A stretch of 64,000 nt of DNA from Auanema rhodensis (taxonomy: Eukaryota > Animalia > Nematoda), in the NCBI GenBank assembly GCA_964057225.1, contig OZ059898.1, positions 14,384,001 through 14,448,000 on the forward strand, read 5' to 3'. Below the pieces are notes generated by a model. It did no database searches. It saw only the letters and a list, made by a program, of their open reading frames with translations, and had not been told where the DNA came from. This document shows positions 14,831-26,511 of this stretch, in pieces. How positions within the stretch are numbered: the stretch's first letter is position 1; each line of letters starts with the position of its first letter. The position numbers and the translations under genes are program-made.

Positions 14831-17489
14831 AAGAGCGAAAGAGGAAAAAAACCAAATTTTCAATGTCTCATTTGAGCTCTCTCCGTTCAACCAAGTGGCT
14901 GTAAAATACATCTATTTTGAAATTTGAGGGAAAGATGATGAAAATTGAAGAAAAAACTTGTCAAAAAGACAAAAAACATATGAATCAAATGGCTTAAAGA
15001 GGAATAACCTGAAGAAAAATGAAAATTTGCAAGCAACATTGGATATTCTTCAGTCTACGAAATAAGAAAGAAGGACAAAAGAAAATGAAAAATTAATTGA
15101 AAAAGTGCAAAAATACATAATAAAGAGGTTGTTAAAGATAGTTAAGAAGTATAGTTAGTTAGAAAAGAATTGAATGTGTGATCTTTTCCAATGGATTCAT
15201 CATGTATAACACCGGAAAGGAAACTTAAACGGAAATGAGACGATGAAGAGAGCTACAAGGAGCAGCTTCAGAGCGTTGTACTCAAATAGAATAATTAGGT
15301 CAAAAAGTAAATTAAATAGTTTGAAATGACTGAAGAAAAGTTTAATTTATGGGAAAAAAATTCAAAACCCAAGTTGAAATGCGATCAAATGCATCTGACA
15401 AGTAGATGTCAGAGCTGAAGCTGAACGAAAGTAGTATGTATGTATATCATTCTCACAACTTTTCCCTCAACCTCTCTACCACTTTCTACATCTATTCACT
15501 CTCCCTCTCTTGCAGTATGCCTTACAATCTCTTATTTGGGCCCTTTCTCTCGTATTGTCACCTTGTCTGACCATAAAAGGAGCAACTTCTCCACAATGAT
15601 GTTGGCTTTTGAATCATCATGAATAGATTTTCTTGTGGCCTGGTTCTATCGATGGGTGAACGATCAACTGGGAGGAAGGGGTGGTAGAGAAAACGGTGAA
15701 CTGACCACAAAGGCTGAACAAACAAGGACATACGGAATGAGCTGTTCGTTTTGCCTCTGTTCTCACTCTCACTCAGACAACCGTCTCTCCGCCTTCTGTG
15801 TGTCTCTACTCTCTCTCTCTGTCTCTCTCTCTCTCTTAGTTCTTCTCTCTCTTCCCCTTTTGAGCAGCTGTTCAGATTTAAAACAAAGAGTTGAATAACA
15901 TAATGGATAGGTAAAGCAGGAAGCATGAGCTTAACTAAGCGTCAAAACTGTCGACTCATGAACAAAGCAATTGAAAATAGTCAGAGAAACAGACGAGATG
16001 AAAACGAAAATGAATATTGCTTACAATCAGGTAATGCTTGAGTGCTTAGTTAAGCTTCTTTTTACTTTTTGCAGCAGAAAATTAATTTTCTAAACGAAAT
16101 TTTTGCGAAGAAAATGCTCCAAATGTGAGGAGAGGAAGAAGCGGGATTGCGAAATTGAGACAGAAATGCACAACCAAGTAACTATCTTTACAGCAACGTG
16201 GTTAGACGCATAGCCGAGATAGCAGTAACACGCGAAGAAGAAGAAGAAGAAAAATAAGAAGAAAATAGAAAAAAATGAATGAATCTCAATAGGAATGAAG
16301 CTTTTCTTCTTGAAGTAGAGATAAGATGTGATGTAAAAATAGTGAAAAATCGTATAAAAATCATAAAACTAATGGAATTAATAGACAGATATGTGAAAAA
16401 CAAGTAGAAAGACAACCTGAATAGACTTGCAGCACAATGATGGTAACGATGAAAGCGTCGGCCACAAGATGGACCGAGAAATTCAAAACCGCGAATGGAT
16501 TCCAAGACAATGGGTGAAAGAATAAACAGAGCATGAATCTTCCGGAAGGCACAGCAGCAGCAGATTGACAACGAGGAAAAGCCTTTTTAGGAAAATCTTA
16601 AACAGATTCTTTTTCCTTTTTTTCCGGTTAAAAGCCCCCTTGTTCCAATACTTAGCCGAAATTCCGAAACTGCTCAGATAAATCAAAGACAAATGAGTAA
16701 CAGAGAGCTTATGGAAGTTGCGAGAGAATAGTTAAATCGGACGTAAAAAAATGCTGAACTTCCGGAAATTTGTTTTTTTTGATAATTTTTTTCAAAATTG
16801 GAAGCATTTTCAACGCTAAATGCAAGAATGACCGTGAAAACTCAAAAATGATCCCAAACGAAAGAAGTAAAAGAACGTTTTTCTACCAAAATATAAATAA
16901 AATAATATGTTAACTATGTAGATATAGTTAAAAAACTGGAGAACAATCAATATTTCAAAAGAAAAATGGCGGTAAAAAGACATATTTTAATATTATTTTT
17001 GTCTTTCTGCCAGCAACAAAAAAAAAGTGTGAGGAATACATAGTATATAACATATAGTATATATGATTTATAAGAGTATTATAAATATATATAAATATAT
17101 AAATAGTTATTAAATAGATTTTAAAAGAAATAAAAAAAAATATTTATAATCTGAATATAAAATGAGTAGAAGAAACACAATTCATGAGGACGACAATTTG
17201 GGCAATCAGTACGTTCAGCATACCATAGTCATCCGCCTTTTTTTCTTTTCCTTTTTGCTGCCAGAAATTAGATAAAAAAATAGTACAAAAGGGTTCAATA
17301 ATAAAAGAAAAAGGGGAAAAGAAGGTAATATAGGATCAAAGTATAATTCTATTCAAGTATAAACATATATAATATATTTTATAATTGAAATAATAGTTAA
17401 TGTATATTAGTTTGTTGTTGGAAAAAACAATAGAAAATACAAAAAAGCTGCAAGAGTTCGAAGAGCACGCTCTAGAAAATTTAAAAGAC

Positions 17490-17491
<2 letters not shown>

Positions 17492-17541
<50 letters not shown>

Positions 17542-17543
17542 GG
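17492..17543 (+). repeat. (GA)n microsatellite followed by a poly-G run
   Basis: Seen directly. Confidence 0.9.
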
Positions 17544-20138
17544 TGAGAAAGAAAAATACATATGTTTCATTTCATTTCAATTAAAAACCTTCGAAGACAA
17601 ATTGTGGAAAGAGAGAGAGAGAGAGGGAGACCAAAAGAAAAATAGAATAACAAATAATTTTTTATTTTAAAGAGAGAGAGAGAGGAATTAACAATTTAAA
17701 ACAGTTTCCTGATATTCATGTTATTCCTCTGTTTATCATGAAACTAAGTAGCATGTGTACATGAAAGTCTCTATAATATCTAAATTTCTACAAAGTAATT
17801 AGCAAATCAAGCATTTTCAATGAATAAAATAAAGAATTTATATGATCAATAGTACATATTCTTCGTTTTTTATGGAAAATATCACAGGAATAGTTTAAAA
17901 TTCTGAAGAAAAAAATGTCAGTTTGAATGTGTGAACCAAAGAAACACTCAATACAAATGAGGATGTCGTGCTCATCAGAGGGTAATCTCATTTGGAAGCT
18001 TCGTCGATGGATTATAAGGACAGCAAATGGAGACGAGAATCTGCCTCCCAGTCCATTCTCTAGTCTTTTTCTCTTGATTCTTTTCCTTTCACTTGCTATA
18101 TCTATCCATTACCCCTTATCTTTCTTTCCCTCCCTCTCTCTCTCTCTCTTGCATTCCCTCTCTGTATTGCTTTTCTTTTTTCATTTTCCGCTCGTTGTCA
18201 TTTGAAATACAAGTTACACTCACTATAAACTTCCGTTTTTGTGTCCAAAAACTGAACCATTTTGCCTTTCCAAAATTTTAGTTTCAGAAATTTGAGTGCT
18301 TTAACGAAGGCCATATAAGATAAAGTGGGTAAAAAAGCCCCCCAGGGCTATAAGTGATGAAAGCTGCATCTATTAAACAAGTTGATATATTACATATAAG
18401 ATACTACTAAGATCGAAAAAAACTTTTTTTTGGAAAAAAAATTGTAAGATGTGTGAGGGCGGGAAAATATTAAGAGGGAGAGAGAGAAATTGAGAGAATT
18501 AAAGGAGGGAAAAAGAGAGAGAGAAAGGATACTATAGATAGTTGGCTGTTAACTGATGCTTTGAAGTAGGAAGAGCAAAGAAGATACAGAAGCTCTTTAA
18601 ATTTCAAAATGAAAAAGATACAACTTGAAGAAAAAGAAGGAAGTGATATGAATAAGCAGTATAGAATGATATTTCTATGAAAAAAAAAGTTTTTTTTATA
18701 ATAAATGATATATTTGCATGAACATTAAGATGAGTAGCAGAAGGCAAGAAGTGACCAAAGTCAAAAACAAGCTGTCTTAAAACTTTAGGTGAGCGGTTGT
18801 CCGTAAAACAAGAAAAGAAAAATAAGCGAATGTCTGAACGGAAAACAGCGTACTAGTCAGAATTCTACTTTCATCTCATCTTCTGACTTTTTCTTTTACT
18901 TTGTTCAAGTTTCAACTTGACAAAACGAACTGTACTTCCTTATATCGCATATACAGCATAAAGCTTGAAACTGAAGTGTTTCTCATGATGAAAATTGGCT
19001 GAAGAAGAGAGGAAATAGACGACGATTTTATGAATTTTCACGTCAACACTTTATGAAGCAATAGAAAGAATTTGGAAAGAATAAGAAGACGAACACAAAA
19101 AAGGAAAAGGGATGATGAAAATGAAGCTTCTTATGACATACATGTTCATCTTTTGCTATCTTATACATCAAATCGAAGGGCATATTTGGAAGGAAGAAAG
19201 ACAGGGGGATAAAGGCAAGCAGAAGAGCAACAGAAATAGCTCAGATTTATTCAAAAAAAAAACGAATTGAAAACTGAAAAGTGAGATGTGAAAATTCGAC
19301 AAGATGAAAGCAGATAAGATATGTCTTTATACGTTTTGAATCATAACTTAGAGAGAGAAAGATCAAGAGAATAGATGAGAATAGAAGAAGAATATTTGAA
19401 AGCTTAGATATCCAAAATAAGAAAAAATATTTTAAAAATAGCTTCCGGCTAAAAATATAATTTAGTAGAATTACACAGTTATGGGCATATAAACATGAAC
19501 AAACTTTTCAGATATTGTACTTCTTCAATCTGATTAACTTCGTTTTCTTCATGTCGGTCACAAAGATCACAAGCCCTTGAAACTATCGAAACGAAAAAAA
19601 CGAAGATAAGAAGGTTCATGCATAATGTCTAGAATAGTACTACTGAATTAGGAAGAGAAATAACAAGTAAATTAGTAATAGAAAGAAAGAGAAAGAGAAG
19701 AAAGATAATGGTCTTGAAAGCTATAATAAAGAGAAATGAAAGCTAGAGAGAGAAAAGGACATAAAGGGTAAGAGAGATACAATGATGAGATCCATCAAGA
19801 AGAGAGAGAGAGGGAAAAAATAAATTTGAGGATTACACGAACAAAAGAAAGCAACGTTTTAATGAATTTTTAATTGAATAAATTGTTTGAAAAGCATTCA
19901 ATTGAATATATTTATATATAGTACTCTAATCTTCAAATAAAAAAAGTTTTTTGAAAAATATTTGAAGACAATTTCTCAAATTTTATCTGATAAATACTAA
20001 CACCAAAGAGGACAAATGTCCAGTTTGTTGTGAAAAATATACGTGAGAAGAAGCCATTTGTCAAGATAGAATGCATAAGAAATATTAAGAAATGTTCATG
20101 GAAATGAAAAAATGAAAATCTTTATATGGCACTGGATA

Positions 20139-20261
20139 GAGAGAGAGAGAACTTGAGAAAGAGGGAAAGAGAGAGAGAGAGAGAGAACTTGAGAAAGAGG
20201 GGAAAGTGAGAGAGAGGGAGAGAGAGGGAGAACTTGAGAAAGAGGGAAAGAGAGAGAGAGA
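20139..20261 (+). repeat. Compound repeat: three AACTTGAGAAAGAGGG units separated by (GA)n
   Basis: Unit at ~20150, ~20186 and ~20231. Confidence 0.85.
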
Positions 20262-22299
20262 GTGAAGAGTATATTATTTTGTCTTATTCAAACATTTTTT
20301 TTAAACTTACAAGACAAATCTGGAAAAAAAAGAAGAAAACTGACAAAGAGGTCAATGCAAGAACATAATTCGACTCGATCACATAAAAGCATGGATAACA
20401 ATGACTGAGAAAAGAGATTTAAATGAAGATATTTTATGTCCGAACAACAAGTCTAATCATTCATCTATTCAGAATATTTAATAGTTTACAAATATATTTT
20501 TAATTTTTTTTAAGAAAATAAAAACCAATTGTATGGGAATGGATGGGAAAATGGAAGAAAACTGAGAAACATTGAGCTGAGTTCAAGCTTAGTAGCAAAT
20601 ATAATAGAATGAATGTACGGAGTACACGGGATTATTCTGGATTAACAGGTGTAGAAGGTCAACAAGCTCACATATTCAAGATTTCTTAAACAGTTGAACA
20701 TGAATTATCAATGAAGTTTATCTGATCTCACATGGGAAATTAATAAGATTCACGTGAAGCTGGTTTCTGCTTACTCACAAAGAAGCATTTAGAATGGATA
20801 AGAAGCCATTTCGGGTTGTGCTCTCATCGCAACGAACCAACCGAACGACGAGGTATCGATTCCCCTCTTTCCGTCCTTTTCTCTCTCTCTATCTCTCTCG
20901 ATCCCTTTTTCTCCTTCTCTCTTACGCTCATGTTGTCCAGAAGAAGACAACAGACCCACAGAGCATGAGCGCTTTATGGTCAGCCGCCCTAATATGGAGA
21001 CATATACACACTCACTTACACCCATGTATGTATGTATTCTTCCATTCTCTTTTAAGCTTTTCAAAAAAACTGATTATATTCGAATATTGTTGTTCATTGA
21101 AATTCTTAATCAAGATACCGTTGAAAGATATTATGACAAACTATTATGACAATGAAAAACATTTGAAACAAAAATAAATTTTACAGCAAAAATAGAAATA
21201 AATAAAGAGAGAAAGATAGGGAGAAAAAGAGAAAATAAGGATCAGATGAGGATAAACTCTGTTCTCTTTCTATTTAACCTAGGAATTTTAACACTTTGTT
21301 TTGGTTTTTGTTTTTTTTCTATCAGCAATTTATGGAAAAAAACATTAACGGGAATTAAAATGTTTTGCAAGTTTTCTATTATATGAAACCGTTTGGCGAA
21401 GTTCAGATGAGGCAGATCGTCAATATAAAACTTCTCTTTTTGTTTATTTCGCTCATCTCCCTCAGGGTTCTGACACTGTGTCCTCAGGGCTTAAAGTGGT
21501 TATGGGGGATAGGTCTGACTGGTCATGGTATCTTTCATCTATTTTTTCTGGACCAAGGATTGTCAGAAATCATATTCTAAAAATGTTACTCGATGCTTCT
21601 TCTTCCTTGTTCGGTAGAGAAAAAAATTTTAAGTTGTTGGGAGAGGATTTAAGAATGAAGGACAACATGAATGTTCTCATGTTACAATTTTCAACAAAAC
21701 AGTAGAAATAAATGCGCTTTCGATGAGCACAAACAATATTATTCTATTTATATTTTTAATAAAATTACCCTTTTAAATCAAAGAGACCTTATTTGTCGAC
21801 AAAAAACAGCTTGTGTTCCAGCACTAGCTGTTTAGCTGTGCTAGTAGTTTGGAAACCAGGAGAATGCTGTTGCTTTTCGTCCACTACTAATCTCTATTTT
21901 TCAACCAAATTTTATTTTGCAATCAACATCTTGAAGCTCTGCTGGCTGGAATGCGCAATGGTTCGAAAACTAAGTATGAATGGACATCGTCCCTACGGTA
22001 TCAGAAATCAAGCATAGGATCGAGAGGAGGGCTGAAGCTCATTATTTATAATAATTATTTACACAAAATACTAATTAACATTAACCATTAACAATTCAAA
22101 AGTTTTTTCCCCAATCCCTTATTTAATATTATTTTCCGCATAATGAATTCAATTGTCCAAACTTCGCGTCAACACATAATTGACGCAAAGCTACCGCTTT
22201 CCACTATTTTTTTATTTCACGAACTTAGCATTGAAGAGTTTGGTTATTCTAGTGAATGAACTATAATTCATATTAACTTTTACTACTGAGCCATAGGAC

Positions 22300-25200
22300 A
22301 TGGGTGTAACTGGCTTATGGCCATTGCTAGAGCCATCATGCACTCCAGTCACTTTGGAATCATTAGAAGGGAAGAAATTGGCCGTAGGTCAGATTTTCAC
22401 TTCTAAGAGCTTCTAATTCACTGATCATTTTGTGTTTCAACTACTATCTCTTCAGATGTATCAATATGGATATATCAAGCTCAGTTGGGCTACTCTTCTG
22501 ACACAAAAAATCCTCATTTGGCTCTTTTGATGAATCGAATAGCAAAACTTCTTTTTTACAAGATTCGTCCTGTATTTGTTTTTGATGGCCCTGGGGTGCC
22601 AGATCTCAAGAGAAGAGTTTTAGTAAGTATAATATTCATCATTTGCTTTCTCATAATACGAATTTGAGAACGCTCGTCGTGCTGAACGATTCAGCCAAGA
22701 TATGCTTTTAACGAAAAACAAGAAGAGACACTTGGAAGAAGTGGCAAAAAGTAATTTCATTAAAAAATTTTTTTAAAAGCTAAATGAATTCAGGCCAAAT
22801 AACAGGAGATAATGTAGATAAAGCTGTAAAAAAATTAACTAGTCCAAGCAAGAAATTTAAAGATGATATTGTTCTATTTGATATTCCGTCTACTTCAAAG
22901 TAGGTTGTACTTTAGCCATTTATTATCATGGTAATAAGTTTCAGTGCACCGGTTTATGATATTAGCGACGATGAAGATACAGAAATTGTGGTTGAAAAAC
23001 AAGTAAAGCCAAAAACTAGAAGTGATTTGCTCAATCACCTAATCGAAGTCAAAGAGCATATGCGATTAAGTAGACTTCACCCTGATATGGTGCTAAGAGA
23101 AAAAAAAAGGATTTGAAGTAATTTATCTTTTTTAAGATTCCTTCTAATACGGACCAGTTTTGCAAGTTCCAACTGCAAAGAGTACTACAAAGAAATAGTA
23201 TAGGAAGAAGTATTAAAGCGGTAATCGTGATGGAACTATAACAATGAGGGACTTATTTTAGTTATCACAAAGGGAATTAGATTCTCATGAATGCTCGCAA
23301 GTAAAACTTTCTGTGAATGATCGCCAAGGAAACGCTCATGTCATATCGTATGATTCTGATGTTCAGGTATATAAGCTTATTTCTTTCGCATGTTCATATT
23401 ATATATAGCTTGTCGAAAGTCCTCAAAAAATAGATACACCTAATGAGGTTGGATTCCAAGGAAATTGCTTAAGTGATGTGTGTCACTTGCCTTCTGCTAA
23501 TCAATTTGAGGAAGTTTGTTTTCGTTTTTGTTTAACCTTTTTTTTCTAACTTTTTTAGCTTGCCGAAAGAGCCGAGATATGCCCAGTCTCTTTTTTTAGC
23601 AAAACAAGCATGATTGAAAAATTGATGAAGCAGCGTATCGGACAACAGAATGCAGGTAGTGAGCACTCTAGATAATTCTATTCGATTCTAACTTCCAGAA
23701 GCTGTTAGACAAGATAGTTGGACTAGTGAATCGTCAGATGATGATGATGATGAATTTATTGACGTTCCTGAATTACCTTCTAACTCAGCTGTAGTGCCAA
23801 AAGAAGTTGAAGAACAAGATTGGGACCCTGGAGTTAGTTTTATAATGTTTTCTTCTGAAGTCAGTTATAATATTTCAGCTCGAAGATAAAGATGTTGTAC
23901 TAGTACGAGAACCAATTAATCTTGAGGCCTTTGACAGGGAACGTGACAGTGGTATTTATGGTGATATTCAGGTATTTAATACTTTTTTTTATATTTATAT
24001 TTTTATATTTATTTTGTATTTTTTCACTTCAAAAAAGTTCTTAAAAATTTCGTGGAACTTTTTTTCGAGTAGCATACAATGCTGAGGTTGAGCAAATATC
24101 ACGTTATGTTAATGAACTTTTATTCCACGTAGACTTACTATGTGAATTGTTGCCTCGAAAACGTTTTGAGAAATATATTAGAATTGATTTGTATTTTTAC
24201 TTATGTTTTGATATTTTCTTTCAAGGCTTTTCTGACTAAATGTGGATTTCCTTGGGTTGAAGCACCAGGTGAAGCTGAAGCACAATGTGTAGAACTAGAG
24301 CGATTAGGGCTTGTACAGGTAATTATCTATTCCAATTTTCGTATTAAGAAATATGTACTTTTTAATATAAAGATATGATCTTTATTTGATTATGTACTTA
24401 GACTTTGTTTCTTAGGGCGTTGTATCTGATGACAGTGATGTATGGGCGTTTGGAGTCCAAAATGTTTATCGCCATTTGTTTGCTTCTGGAAAAAATGTTC
24501 AACATTACAGCGCTAGTAAGGTTCAATCTGAGATAGGTATACTAAGCTGGATTTATCATGATGACATATACAAGTTCAAGGTTTAACACAGGACCAGTTC
24601 ATTTCAATTGCTATCATATCCGGTGGAGATTATTCTGTAGGTTTCCGCGGGATTGGAGTTGTGGCAGCTGTAGAACTGCTGGCTGAATTCACATCGAAAT
24701 CTACTTTCGATGCTGATAGAGAAACCCAGGTAAGCCTTTACTGCAATATAACTTATTTCTCATTCAATTAAGATTCTGAATGTTCTTCGAACTTTGGATA
24801 ATTGGCTAAAATTTTCAGCGGATGAAAGAAGAAAAGATGGACCTATTCTTCGTAAAATTCGTAAAATCATTGAAGATAATAATGATTTATCTCATTTGGA
24901 GGTTTGTTGTTATAACTTGTTACTTTTATATTTCAATTCTTTAAGGTAGCTGACCGATCCATTGTAAAAGCTTACGTTAAGCCTAATGTTGATTCTTCCT
25001 CTGAAGTATTTCGTTGGAAGTCTGTGGATATTCCTGGAGTTCAGCAATTACTCTTTGAAAAAATTGGCTGGGGAGATGATAAATTTTCAAAGGTAAATAT
25101 ACTCATAAGGAGGTTCCTTCTTATGCTGTTTCAGACTGTTCTGCAACCCTTCGAAAAATGGAATTCATTCATACTAGGTCAAACATCATATCAACGGCAT

Positions 25201-25591
25201 ATAACTTCGTATGCTTGTCAGCTAACTCAATCGGCCGATGAACAACGAGTCTCGTTATCGAAACGAGCTGTAACAGCGTTAAATAAGCTTAAAGAACGAT
25301 TAAGTAAGTTTTTGGTTTCAATTCTCGCCTTAATATTCTACATTTTGAGATTCCGTTGAACTACCCGAACTACAAATGCATGGGGATGTTTTGCCTAAGT
25401 CTTCTAAGGCAATTTCAAGACCATGTGGTTCAGTGCGTAAAAGAAAGACGTCGGAAACAAAGGTTATGAAAGAAGGAAGGTCATCAGCCAATCCTAAGCA
25501 AATAACTAAAAATGCTCTTGTGAAGAATATCCCAACAAAGCCCAAACAGGAAGATCTCAATCTTTCAGAAAGTAGTGATAATGACGAGTGA
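22300..25591 (+). CDS. xpg-1: XPG/RAD2 structure-specific endonuclease (nucleotide excision repair), multi-exon
   Basis: N-domain [12 protein letters not shown]...[17 protein letters not shown]...[15 protein letters not shown]; I-domain [37 protein letters not shown]; H3[23 protein letters not shown]; acidic spacer [11 protein letters not shown]; PIP-like QRHITSY; TGA at 25589-25591. Confidence 0.95.
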
Positions 25592-26511
25592 TATCTATGT
25601 TTTTATTGGTTTTTCTTATTTTTGTTCTTCTTTTTTTTCTTTCGAATAGCCATACATGAATGTTTCTTTATATGTAGATTTATAGACTTCAGTGTTTATC
25701 CACTAAATATAATATCTACAAACAACTATATACTGGTTTTCCTTATTTACAACATCCAGTTTTTTTTCTTCATCTCTCAGACTGTCATTTACCCTGTCAT
25801 ATCACCTCTTAACTGAAAATTCATCGGCTTTCCTCTTTTGATTCAAAACGAAACAGTTGATGTGCTGTCTCAGCATTTCCACTCCTGTCTAATGCTCATG
25901 ACGTGAAATGCTTTGATATCGTGCTTAGATGTCAATCTGCTTTTCCCTTGTCCTCTCATCTTTGCTGCTCTTGTGTTGACAGTGACCTCCCGACTGACCA
26001 CGATTTGCACCACTTGTCTTTCTTCTTCACACATGTCTTCTTCGGTCGTTGTCTTCTTCTGTCTTCACGATAACGCAGACTGTTCATCCGACTATCCGAT
26101 CTATCTATTTTCTCGTTTTGGCCAACTCATCGCATAATATCTGTGTCGTACATGACTCATTACCCAGCTTTATTGTATTCGTTTAATCTAATATTATCAA
26201 TATTTTCATTATTTTTTATTTACTTTTTACTACCGCATTATGTTGGATAACGAACTTTCTTGAATCGTTTTCCAATTATCCAGGTCACACAGGTTCGCGC
26301 AGCCTCATATAGAATATCTATCGATCGTGTCTTCCTTAATCTATCCTTTCCTTTTCATTTATTCGCCATCTCATTTACTTCGGAATATTATTCTCCACCA
26401 TCTATGATCTGTCTTGTTTTGTTCTTCCAAAATTATTGTTTTGGCTACAATTTGTGTTTAAATTCTTGTTTTCAGGTCTCAGTTGTGGACGTCAGTCCAC
26501 ATTTGCCAACT

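Noticed and set aside
21400-22040. GC-richer patches with short open frames upstream of xpg-1
   Set aside because: Frames are interrupted by stops; no consistent splice sites or recognisable domains.
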